IMG/VR virus record: IMGVR_UViG_3300034012_003212
Span: 124,001-188,000 of that record
Strand: one strand, 5' to 3'
DNA length: 64,000 bases
The position numbers were made by a program, and so were the translations under genes. Shown piece after piece: positions 9,629 through 18,650 of the stretch. The notes under the pieces were generated by a model that worked only from the letters and a program-made list of their open reading frames with translations, made no database searches and was not told where the DNA came from. Within the stretch, counting starts at the first letter, position 1; every line of letters begins with the position of its first letter.

Positions 9629-10396
9629 TCATTGGGCAGATCCATCTAATATGAACATCTTGGGATCCTGTATGTTTACTTTCATTCCGTGGACATCGAC
9701 ATCAAAATACCCTAGTCTCATGAACAACTTCATTTCAGCCGTCACACCCTTAGTTGTTTCTGATGATATTGTTTCAAAGTTGCGGTCATAGTACAATTCG
9801 GTGACCTTCTTTCCAAAATCCGGATCCCTTTCATTCTCTATTCCAAGAACCTTGCACACTGTATGAACATTGCTGTGCTGCGAGTTATTCATTGAACCGT
9901 ACTGCCAGATGGATTTTGTATCGAGAATTCTCACATCCCACGGTTTTTTTCCAGTGTTGTTTATGCATTCCGGTATCTTAAGTCCATTTATGATACACCT
10001 CTTTGAGTAATATGGAACATCAAAGTTCTTTATGTTGTGTCCCGCTGCCCAGCTGTACTTCCCGATGATGCGGTTTGTTGCTTCGAGCAGGCGCTTCTCG
10101 TCATCTCCGGTAAATGCTATACTGTATATCGAATCTGTTTCCTCTTCTTTTCCGGGGCGATACACTGATATCCCGACGCTCACGATCCTTCCAAACTCTG
10201 CATATAAACCGGTCAAATCCGATGAATTCTGTTCATCTTGTGTATTCACGAGGCTTCCGTGCCATGTATTTCTCAGGTTCCTCTGCCATTCTTCATACAT
10301 TTCAGGGGATTCTTCTTTCATTGAATCCATACTACGGTGACATGCTGCAGTTTCCACCCGGAAAACTGCCACGCGATCGAGGTCCACGTTATGCAT
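9629..10396 (-). CDS. PolB-type 3'-5' exonuclease-like protein, probably catalytically inactive
   Basis: AEFGRIVSVG, GHNIKNFDVPY and KKPW motifs of this family are present; ExoI reads FRVET rather than DIET, and the ExoIII YCxxD motif is absent. Confidence 0.7.
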   Translation of the reverse strand: MHNVDLDRVAVFRVETAACHRSMDSMKEESPEMYEEWQRNLRNTWHGSLVNTQDEQNSSDLTGLYAEFGRIVSVGISVYRPGKEEETDSIYSIAFTGDDEKRLLEATNRIIGKYSWAAGHNIKNFDVPYYSKRCIINGLKIPECINNTGKKPWDVRILDTKSIWQYGSMNNSQHSNVHTVCKVLGIENERDPDFGKKVTELYYDRNFETISSETTKGVTAEMKLFMRLGYFDVDVHGMKVNIQDPKMFILDGSAQ

Positions 10397-10481
10397 AATA
10401 GGTCCTTTCTAAATTATTGGTGGTTGAAAATGAAATACGGTACATTCCATGAATATATAGATACAACATTATACACTGAAA

Positions 10482-11678
10482 ATGATCCGTTTTTCTGATT
10501 TTGAAAAAATATTTGAGAGTGAGATAGACAAATCGCTCCCCTCTTTCGTAAAGGAACTGATATCCGAATTCTCCGAAAGAGAAGATGTTTTTATTGAACC
10601 ATGGTACGAAGTCGTGATGAAACACTCATCGAAGTCGAAACTCCATGGAATACGATTGTACATCAAGGATATCCTTTTTCGCATAAACTGGAAGAACATT
10701 AACAGCAATTCCATAACGATAGATGTTTGGTTAAAATCAAAGGACGAGAAACAGTCACCAGAGTGGACGATATCTGGAACAGCGAGCATGTTCGCTTCGA
10801 TCCCTGGAATGATCCTTAAAATGATAAATGAATTGTCGATGGATAAACCTGTGACAAAGAGGTTGCAATTGGCTGAATCCATGGATGAGTACTCGCAGGA
10901 AACTCCGAGAGTTGTGAGATCTGAACCCGAGAACACAGTAGACCCTGCCACCATAAGCGAAGAAGAGATACAGGGACTCAATGTACTCGACGACCTCAGA
11001 AACATGCTCATGCTGATAATAGATAACATAAACCCATCTCTCATAGTGTGTGGCCGAGGCGGTGTGGGAAAAACACACACCGTGACAAAGACGTTTGAAG
11101 AATTCGGAATGGATGAAGGAGATGACTATGTGATGATAAAGGGTGCATCCAGTGCTCTTAGCATGTACAAGGCACTGTATTACAACAACGGAAAAACGTT
11201 AGTGTTCGACGACTGCGACAGTGTGTTCAGAGATGAAGATGCTGTTAACATCCTCAAAGCTGCCCTTGATAGCAATGACAGAAGGAAGATAAGCTGGCTC
11301 AGTCGATCAACCTACGATCCTGCTACGGAGACTCCTACGAAAACGAGACCAGTTCCCAACACGTTCGAGTTCGACGGTTGTATAGTGTTCATATCAAACC
11401 TTCCAATAGAATCAATAGATGAAGCAGTGAGAACTCGCAGCTACATAATCGATGTTTCTTTGAACCAAAAGCAGGTGTTTGTGCTCATAGAAAGGAACCT
11501 CGCTGAGATACTTCCTACCGTCAGCTCATCCATAAAGGAAGAAGTTCTCGATTATATGAAAACTTCATACAAATCAAAGCATGGTGAGATGGTGAACTTC
11601 AGGACGTTCATAAAATCTGTGAAGATACGCATGTCCGGCCACCCAAATTGGAAATCCCTCATCAATAAATACGCCTAG
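10482..11678 (+). CDS. AAA+ ATPase with capsid-targeting-like N-terminus
   Basis: GRGGVGKT Walker A, LVFDDCD Walker B, ILKAALDS, AVRTRS; starts MIRFSDFEKIFES. Confidence 0.8.
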   Translation: MIRFSDFEKIFESEIDKSLPSFVKELISEFSEREDVFIEPWYEVVMKHSSKSKLHGIRLYIKDILFRINWKNINSNSITIDVWLKSKDEKQSPEWTISGTASMFASIPGMILKMINELSMDKPVTKRLQLAESMDEYSQETPRVVRSEPENTVDPATISEEEIQGLNVLDDLRNMLMLIIDNINPSLIVCGRGGVGKTHTVTKTFEEFGMDEGDDYVMIKGASSALSMYKALYYNNGKTLVFDDCDSVFRDEDAVNILKAALDSNDRRKISWLSRSTYDPATETPTKTRPVPNTFEFDGCIVFISNLPIESIDEAVRTRSYIIDVSLNQKQVFVLIERNLAEILPTVSSSIKEEVLDYMKTSYKSKHGEMVNFRTFIKSVKIRMSGHPNWKSLINKYA

Positions 11679-12643
11679 GACGTAGCATATATCTCCTGGA
11701 GCTTGAATACAAGAGCAGACAGGTTCAGCGCCTGATCTATCACGTGCACACGTTGCGCCTGGTATTGCGAAACACATTCGGCTATCTTCGGTATAGCCTT
11801 CGTCTTCTCCGGGCGGTTCTCGCGTATCCATTGAATGAATTCATGGCCGCACGCAACCATGACCTCGTCGACTTTGTCCGAATACGAACCTATAACTTCC
11901 TGGTAATTCTTCACTGGATCACACGGGGACGATATGAGGTCAAACAGTTCGGCGAACGACCAATTCATGGCCTTTACATCATCTAACTCGACAGTCTCTA
12001 TCCCCTTTATATGCCAGCTCTGCATGCGGTTGTACATTTTCCTCATATCAGGGAAATTCCTCCGCATGAACTCAGCGAGTGCATCGTCTGATACCCCAAT
12101 TCCCAACTTTGTCGACAGGAGCCTCATTCTTTTCATCTGAGACTCATACATCCATTCTTCTTCTTCCTTGTTAACAGGGTCAAACGATATGACCTCAAAC
12201 CTTGATTGGATTGTGTCAGGAACCTTTGATATGAAATTGCATGTCCCTATGAACCGTGAGTTTGCGGCAAACATCTCGACTGTTGCCCTGAGGGCCTTGT
12301 AGAACTGATCACTCGCCCCGTCCATCTCATCGAGAATGACGACTTTCGTCCTGTCATCAGAATCACTCAAAAGTGATGCAGTACTACAGAAATCTATAAT
12401 GCTGGTCCTCACTGTCTCGACTGAACTTTCGTTCGAAACGTTTATGTATATGTGGTCATACCCCTCGGCTAATATCTTCGCGAGGGTTGTTTTACCGGTT
12501 CCTGGGTTTCCGGTGAGTAGTATGTTCTGATGGACTTTCATGTCCTTCACTTGTTCGCGTATCCTTGGGAGCAACAGCATGTGCTGTAGATCCTTTGGCC
12601 TAAATCTTTCCGTGAACATCTTCTGTGTGACTGCGCTCGGCAT
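11675..12643 (-). CDS. Clamp loader large subunit (gp44/RFC-like)
   Basis: ERFRP, GNPGTGKT, ILDEMD, SRF and PDMR RFC boxes. Confidence 0.93.
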   Translation of the reverse strand: MPSAVTQKMFTERFRPKDLQHMLLLPRIREQVKDMKVHQNILLTGNPGTGKTTLAKILAEGYDHIYINVSNESSVETVRTSIIDFCSTASLLSDSDDRTKVVILDEMDGASDQFYKALRATVEMFAANSRFIGTCNFISKVPDTIQSRFEVISFDPVNKEEEEWMYESQMKRMRLLSTKLGIGVSDDALAEFMRRNFPDMRKMYNRMQSWHIKGIETVELDDVKAMNWSFAELFDLISSPCDPVKNYQEVIGSYSDKVDEVMVACGHEFIQWIRENRPEKTKAIPKIAECVSQYQAQRVHVIDQALNLSALVFKLQEIYATS

Positions 12644-12671
12644 AACGGTTCCTTGATTGTTGAACGATGCT

Positions 12672-12688
12672 CAAAAATAACAAATTTA
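12672..12688 (-). promoter_or_regulatory. Bacteroidota-type -7 promoter elements (TAnnTTTG x2) upstream of clamp loader
   Basis: TAAATTTG and TATTTTTG on the minus strand. Confidence 0.45.
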
Positions 12689-12746
12689 CAGATCCCATGA
12701 AAATTTTTTTTGCGTAGTGTGGAACAATAGATATATAGATACGCAT

Positions 12747-13436
12747 ATGAAAACAAAGAGCACCATAAATATCAAAAAATGCAGCAAAACAGTCCTAGCG
12801 GATCTCGAAAACACATTCAAGTTCAGTGGGCAGGTAGTTAGATTTATGATCGGAGAAAGGGTTCTATATTGTTTCGATAAGCTACCTTCTGGGTCCATGA
12901 TCTTGTGCAATATTTACGATAATTCGAACAGTGAAGTTATACTTCCCGATGGGTTTAAAGTGGGAGGCTACCTAAGTCTGTTGTCTTGTGCCATTACATT
13001 TTCAGACGAACTCATCGTCGCAGGGGATACATACATTGAACATTGTGACATAAATTCCATATCCAGAAGGTCAAGAATAACATCAGGGGGGCGCTTTACA
13101 TGGCAGGCATTGCCAAACGATTGGATTCAATCTGATATGAGTAATCTTGAGATATGTGCAAATGAGTCGATTGATATTCAAATCAGAAACATGAAGATTC
13201 CACCGAAGGTCATGCGAACAAATGGGCCGCTTAGCCTTTCTGGATGCATCAGTCTCAGTAAACTTCCTGATGATTTATCCGTCGGTGGAGATCTCTTTTT
13301 ATGGGGGTGCGAAAACATAACGGAAATACCAGAGAATGCACGGATAGATGGAGAGATATACACAAGAGATACCGGTATTTCTGAAGAATATATCAGGTTA
13401 CACGATCAGTGGAATTGGAGACGTAGAGTTGAATAA
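12747..13436 (+). CDS. Degenerate leucine-rich-repeat-like protein
   Basis: LPDGFKVGGYLSL, LPDDLSVGGDLFLWGC and IPENARIDG repeats; start moved to MKTKS after GATATATAG at 12730-12738. Confidence 0.65.
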   Translation: MKTKSTINIKKCSKTVLADLENTFKFSGQVVRFMIGERVLYCFDKLPSGSMILCNIYDNSNSEVILPDGFKVGGYLSLLSCAITFSDELIVAGDTYIEHCDINSISRRSRITSGGRFTWQALPNDWIQSDMSNLEICANESIDIQIRNMKIPPKVMRTNGPLSLSGCISLSKLPDDLSVGGDLFLWGCENITEIPENARIDGEIYTRDTGISEEYIRLHDQWNWRRRVE

Positions 13437-13438
13437 GT

Positions 13439-13657
13439 TTAACCCTTCTTTCCCGTGCTCGAGAGGTAGCTCTCTCCATTCACTGAATATCGATCCTTGT
13501 ACTTCTTTAGCCATTCTTTATAACTAAGGGCGACAAAATCTCCTTTGTCCTTTGACTTTTTCATCTCCTTTGCTATAACATAATAGAACTCACTATCATC
13601 GTGAGGCTGCACTACAAATTTTGGTTCTTCTAATTTTTTCTCTTTCTTCTTAGCCAT
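13439..13657 (-). CDS. Small basic hypothetical protein
   Basis: 72-aa ORF filling the gap between genes. Confidence 0.6.
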   Translation of the reverse strand: MAKKKEKKLEEPKFVVQPHDDSEFYYVIAKEMKKSKDKGDFVALSYKEWLKKYKDRYSVNGESYLSSTGKKG

Positions 13658-13739
13658 TTCACTGTGTAAATTTTATATCGAACCCTATGTATAACAGTAG
13701 GGATATTCTACAGAATCATGGGATATTCGAAGTACTATA

Positions 13740-14400
13740 TCATTGATCAACATCCATAGGAACCAAGAAGTTACCATTTGGCACAACAGCAGAAATAGAG
13801 CCAACATCTTCGCCAATGTTCAAATAGAAGTATCCTCTTTTTGCATTTCCTAAATTTAGATTCCTAATCATCATCCTATTTGCAACCTCATCTGTGTGGG
13901 GATTACTCTGTGTGTTTGACATTGGACCAACTATCTTTACTGGGAATATAATAGGACGACAATCAAAGGGAACAGGTTCTCCGTTTGAGTATGTCGCCCT
14001 CCTTTCTTTTCTTTCTGTTACATAATAATCCTCATATGGAACGTCATTTCCAGCGTTAAACCCCGACTGGGTATAAATGTTTTGCTCTTTTTCCAATTTT
14101 TGCAATGTTCTTTTGCCTGCTATAAGTTTTTCTTGGTATTCTACACTTCCATCCCATATTCCGTCTGCAGGATATCCTATTCTTGCAGAGAGCGCTTCAA
14201 AACATGCTTTGTATGTACCGATATGAATGCCTCTCCCACCTGTAAAATTTTTGTCTGTTGATCCATGATAAAATTGGGAAGTGAATTTTTTTTTCTTTGA
14301 ATCTGTTAATTTCATATGAATCTACACCTTTCTTTTTAAGAAATGATACGGTTTCATCAATGAAACTTTCATTAACATATTGATTATAAGTCTTTACCAA
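13740..14400 (-). pseudogene. ADP-ribosyltransferase-like protein split by a frameshift in an A9 run
   Basis: ORF 14197-14400 (MVKTYNQYVNES...) and ORF 13740-14315 (FYHGS...GIHIGT) join if one A is removed from the run at 14286-14294. Confidence 0.55.
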
Positions 14401-14409
14401 AACCTATTA

Positions 14410-15168
14410 TTATTTCATCTTCTTCTGCGGTGCAACATTCGCGCTATTTGGATTATTATCCTTCCAGTCTTCGTATCTTTCAACTATGTCTATAATGATT
14501 TTGTTTCGCACAACATCATTCTTATCAAAATTGAATGTTCCTACACTGTTAATGCCTGATATCATCTTGACAAAATCCGGGAGTGCAACCGTGCTGTGTT
14601 TTATATCGTACTGACTCACGTCTCCGCAGATTACCATGCGGCTTGAGTCCCCTAACCTTGTGATATATGTCATCAGTTGATGAAAACTCATATTTTGAGC
14701 CTCATCGAGTATCATGAACGAATTGTTGAATGTTGAACCCCTCATGTATGCAACGGGTCTCATCTCTATCCTGCCTCGTTCCTTTAACGATTCGAACGTC
14801 TTCTTTCCTATTATCTTATGGAAAGTTGTAACAAAACTCTCCATGTATGGTATTATCTTCTCGTCAACTGATCCTGGTAGGAATCCCAAATTCTCTCCGG
14901 CTTCAACGATAGGCTTCGTGAGTATCACGTTTTCTATGGGCAGCATTCCTGTTAATGCATTCACTGCAGCATAGCACGCTGTGAATGTTTTTGACGTTCC
15001 CGCGGGGCCTGTCGCTATTGTTATTGTATTGTTCTGTATAGTGTTAAAGAATTCCTTTTGTTTGTCTGTTAGTTTTACTTCTCTTAGATATTCCTTGTAC
15101 TCATCTGTATTTCCGACCGATTTGGTTCCTGCCTTCTGACCAGCTTTCTGAGATGATTTCTTAACCAT
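14410..15168 (-). CDS. phoH: PhoH-family ATPase
   Basis: GPAGTSKT, LGFLPG, YMRGSTF, DEAQN and GDVSQYD motifs; start moved to MVKKS. Confidence 0.93.
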   Translation of the reverse strand: MVKKSSQKAGQKAGTKSVGNTDEYKEYLREVKLTDKQKEFFNTIQNNTITIATGPAGTSKTFTACYAAVNALTGMLPIENVILTKPIVEAGENLGFLPGSVDEKIIPYMESFVTTFHKIIGKKTFESLKERGRIEMRPVAYMRGSTFNNSFMILDEAQNMSFHQLMTYITRLGDSSRMVICGDVSQYDIKHSTVALPDFVKMISGINSVGTFNFDKNDVVRNKIIIDIVERYEDWKDNNPNSANVAPQKKMK

Positions 15169-15176
15169 ATATTTCC

Positions 15177-15644
15177 TTATTTTATTTTTTGGACGAATGA
15201 CATAAAAGCCCTCATCATTTCCCTCTGATTCGGCATTATGACCCCGACTGCCTCTTTTACATTGAACCACTGCCAGGATCCTATCTCCGGAATCGTCATT
15301 TTCCTTCCATTTATCAACAGAGTTGTGTGGTTACTACTGAATTCGAAGTCTTTTCCAGGATCGTGTTTCATCGCCCATGCGCTAATCGTTTTTTTCATTG
15401 ACTTGTACGAAAAGGTCCCTATGAAAAACATTGGCTTTTTAGGCACACGGATTCCGGTCTCCTCTTCAAATTCCCTGATCGCAGCATCAAGCTTTTCCTC
15501 ATTATCATTTATCCTTCCCTTTGGTATTCCCCACACCTTCGGCTTTTTATTGTCGAGTGAGAATGGTGAACACAGGAGCACTTCGGTCTCTGGGTATGTA
15601 TTCTTGTGCATTATTATTCCGGCCGAACGAACAACTTTCACCAT
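15177..15644 (-). CDS. NUDIX hydrolase
   Basis: PKGRINDNEEKLDAAIREFEEETG Nudix box. Confidence 0.9.
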   Translation of the reverse strand: MVKVVRSAGIIMHKNTYPETEVLLCSPFSLDNKKPKVWGIPKGRINDNEEKLDAAIREFEEETGIRVPKKPMFFIGTFSYKSMKKTISAWAMKHDPGKDFEFSSNHTTLLINGRKMTIPEIGSWQWFNVKEAVGVIMPNQREMMRAFMSFVQKIK

Positions 15645-15653
15645 CTTTTCCTC

Positions 15654-16133
15654 TTATTTTCCTTCTATCATTGTCGAAGAAAGCCCTATTGCAAAATCAC
15701 TCTTTTCGATCGCAACATAATCTCCATCTGCCGCAGTTGCATACAACATTTGACCATTCTTCAATTTAAGACTAGCCACAGCGAGTTCCTGATCGTTAAA
15801 ACATATGTACATAGTGCCCTGCGCTTCTTTTCTTACGTTGTCTACCTTCATTTTAAGAAGTATAGATGCACTATCAGCAAAAAGTGCTATCAGGCCGAGT
15901 TGTGAAGATATGATGTCAGTAGACCTAACAAGTGTGATATCTCCATCACGGCGCTCAAAATTAAGGCTGTTTATCTTAGATTTGACCTGCTGGAGGACAT
16001 TCTTATTGAGGAATTTCACGAATTTTGTCATGTCCTTCTTGATGGCCTCCGGCCATTCATCAAAAAGCGGTTGGCCTTCTGTTTCTTCCTTCTCTTCAAA
16101 AATTTCCCGATATGATTTCAAAAATTTTTTCAT
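15654..16133 (-). CDS. Hypothetical protein with capsid-targeting-like N-terminus
   Basis: Starts MKKFLKSYREIFEE; GATATATA upstream at 16165-16172. Confidence 0.65.
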   Translation of the reverse strand: MKKFLKSYREIFEEKEETEGQPLFDEWPEAIKKDMTKFVKFLNKNVLQQVKSKINSLNFERRDGDITLVRSTDIISSQLGLIALFADSASILLKMKVDNVRKEAQGTMYICFNDQELAVASLKLKNGQMLYATAADGDYVAIEKSDFAIGLSSTMIEGK

Positions 16134-16205
16134 AATGCTGCTTGATTTTGTTTGTTGTTTGGATTATATATCAATGAAGCTAATAATAAAATAATCACAA
16201 GCGCC

Positions 16206-16595
16206 ATGTCAAAAGAATACAAGAGCAAAAGTTTTGAGGAGTTCGTTTCGTCTTCGAAGGAATATCAGACTCCCAAAAAAATGGGCGATAAGAACATCGA
16301 GCCTAAAACTGGTAAAATGGAGAAATTCCTCGATGATACAAAGACCAACAGCAACATCATGAGCAAGGCTAAAAGCGCAACAGAGTACGATCCTAAGGCC
16401 ATTGTGTTCTCCGATTTCACAAGCAACAAGAAAGCAGAGAAGATGCAATCCATGGTGAAGAAGAACACTGCAGACGGTTCGAGTACAGCAAAGGGTGAAA
16501 AACCCGGTCTTGAGACCATGCCTAATGCAAAGAAAACCAAGAGTTTTGACATAGATGTTACAGAATATAAGCCCAAGTACCTTTCAAAGAAGTAA
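16206..16595 (+). CDS. Lys-rich hypothetical protein, probable internal head protein
   Basis: Starts MSKEYKSKSFEEFVSS; low complexity. Confidence 0.6.
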   Translation: MSKEYKSKSFEEFVSSSKEYQTPKKMGDKNIEPKTGKMEKFLDDTKTNSNIMSKAKSATEYDPKAIVFSDFTSNKKAEKMQSMVKKNTADGSSTAKGEKPGLETMPNAKKTKSFDIDVTEYKPKYLSKK

Positions 16596-16638
16596 CATAG
16601 AAGCAAAGACATAGAAGACGATCAGCATTTCAGCCGAC

Positions 16639-16666
16639 AGGCGCCCTTTTTGGGCGCCTTTTTTTT
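16639..16666 (+). terminator. Intrinsic terminator
   Basis: AGGCGCCC-TTTTT-GGGCGCCT hairpin followed by a T tract. Confidence 0.85.
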
Positions 16667-16767
16667 CCGACAAAGTCGATAAAAAAAATATCAAGAAGCT
16701 AGAAACAATGTGAAATTGTTTGATATAAATGTCATAACTAAACGATCACACCATCCAAGGTACCGCA

Positions 16768-17268
16768 ATGCAGACTGATTTCTATTTCACGCGAGTGCGA
16801 GATGTGAAAGCACCTTCCCGTGGAACGAGCGAGAGCGCAGGCCTCGATTTCTTTGTACCCAATGATTTTGCCGGAAAAACCATAAACCCAGGGGAGTCTG
16901 TCCTCATACCTTCTGGCATAAAATGCGCATACCAAAAGGGTCATGCACTCATATTTTTCAACAAGAGCGGAGTCTCGACAAAGAGGATGCTCACAGCACT
17001 CGCATGTGTGTGCGACTCTGACTATCAGGGAGAATTGCATATCTCTCTGTGTAACGTTGGGACTGAGCCACAGGAGATAAAACCAGGGGAAAAGATAGCC
17101 CAGTTTCTTCTGATGCCAATACAGCTTCCGAATCCAATGGAAGTCAGTTCAGAACAAGAGTTGTTTGACCAATGGACATTGATGCGTTCGCACGATGAAA
17201 ACACACAGGTCTTTTCAGAAAGAGGATCCGGCGGATTTGGTTCAACTGATAATAAGGCGGATCAATGA
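16768..17268 (+). CDS. dut: dUTPase (trimeric)
   Basis: SAGLD, KSG, DSDYQGE, KIAQ and RGSGGFGST motifs. Confidence 0.95.
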   Translation: MQTDFYFTRVRDVKAPSRGTSESAGLDFFVPNDFAGKTINPGESVLIPSGIKCAYQKGHALIFFNKSGVSTKRMLTALACVCDSDYQGELHISLCNVGTEPQEIKPGEKIAQFLLMPIQLPNPMEVSSEQELFDQWTLMRSHDENTQVFSERGSGGFGSTDNKADQ

Positions 17269-18650
17269 TCGATGTTGAACAACTCGATCACAGACTCGTC
17301 ATATCTCATTTCACAGAAAACGGCAGCATAGATTTTAAGGAAATAGAAGTTCCTGAATCTGAGATGTTCGAATGGGAACACGCAACACAGTTGAAACACG
17401 TGCACCCAGGATGGGAATCGTGGAATGGTAAAAAGATAAAAAAGAGGAAGAGCCGCTTCTTGTCCAGGTACAGGATAGAGGAATTCCTCTTTGGGCTAGA
17501 TGAATCTGTGACACACGGCCTTTACGAAGGCAATATGCCAAAGGTTTGGTACTGTGACATTGAAGTTGAGGTGACGGATGACGGGTTTCCCGAACCTTCT
17601 GTTGCGCCAAATCCAGTGACAACGATATGTCTCTGCTCCAAAGGGAGTATCGTTGTCATGATGACAAAAGAGCTCAACAGCTCAGAGATGGATGAGTGCC
17701 GGAAAGAAGCAAATGAATATTTCTCCAAATGGGAAGCTGACTTTGACATAAAGTTCAGATATTTTCCATCGGAACGGGAAATGCTCTATGTGTTCTTCCA
17801 CAAATACATGCAGAAGATTTCTCTGCTAACTGGTTGGAATTTCATAAATTTTGACTGGTTGTATCTAGTCAACAGAGCTGCTAAGTATGGAATAGATGCC
17901 ACCGTATCGAGCCCATCTGGGAAGTACATCGATGAAGAGTTGAAGCTCCCTCAACACAGGCCGATTGTGGACTACATGCAGATTTACAAGAAATTTGACA
18001 CAAAAGTCCTTGTAAAGGAGAGTTCAACGCTTGATTATGTGAGCGAGCAGGTGTTAAATGTTAATAAACTCAAGTACAACGGAACACTCCAGGATCTGTA
18101 TAAGAACGATTTCAAGAAGTATGTGCTCTACAACATAATAGACACGCTTCTTGTGGAATATATAGACCGTCATATTTCTGTACTCGGAACGTACATACAG
18201 CTCGCAAACACTGCTCGTGTGGAATTATCCGGGGCATTCAGTCCAATCAGGATGACTGAAGCTCTCCTCATTCGTGAGTTCTATCAGAGGAACAAGATCC
18301 TTGTTCGAAACAAATCAGAGGTGGTTAAAAACAAATACGAAGGTGCCTTTGTAAAAGATCCCAAGCCAGGGATGTATGAATGGGTCGTCACATACGACTT
18401 TGCAAGTCTGTATCCAACGACAATGAGGCAATTCAATATATCTCCAGAGACGTATCTTGGTAAACGGGATGACCTATCAGGAGACGGGTATATTAAAACT
18501 TCATCCGGGGCGGTGTATAAGTCCAATGAAGATTCAACGACAAGAAAGATTCTCACCGGTCTTTTTAACCTCCGGGTTCAGAAGAAAGAAGAAGCAAAAG
18601 ACATAGAAAAGGCAATAGAAGCGATGAAAGATTTAAAAAAATATGTTTGA
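17265..18650 (+). CDS. Family-B DNA polymerase, N-terminal subunit (exonuclease plus motif A) of a split enzyme
   Basis: ExoI DIE, ExoII GWNFINFD, ExoIII YNIID, YEGAFV and motif A YDFASLYP are present; the ORF ends in the fingers helix with no motif B or C. Confidence 0.88.
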   Translation: MIDVEQLDHRLVISHFTENGSIDFKEIEVPESEMFEWEHATQLKHVHPGWESWNGKKIKKRKSRFLSRYRIEEFLFGLDESVTHGLYEGNMPKVWYCDIEVEVTDDGFPEPSVAPNPVTTICLCSKGSIVVMMTKELNSSEMDECRKEANEYFSKWEADFDIKFRYFPSEREMLYVFFHKYMQKISLLTGWNFINFDWLYLVNRAAKYGIDATVSSPSGKYIDEELKLPQHRPIVDYMQIYKKFDTKVLVKESSTLDYVSEQVLNVNKLKYNGTLQDLYKNDFKKYVLYNIIDTLLVEYIDRHISVLGTYIQLANTARVELSGAFSPIRMTEALLIREFYQRNKILVRNKSEVVKNKYEGAFVKDPKPGMYEWVVTYDFASLYPTTMRQFNISPETYLGKRDDLSGDGYIKTSSGAVYKSNEDSTTRKILTGLFNLRVQKKEEAKDIEKAIEAMKDLKKYV

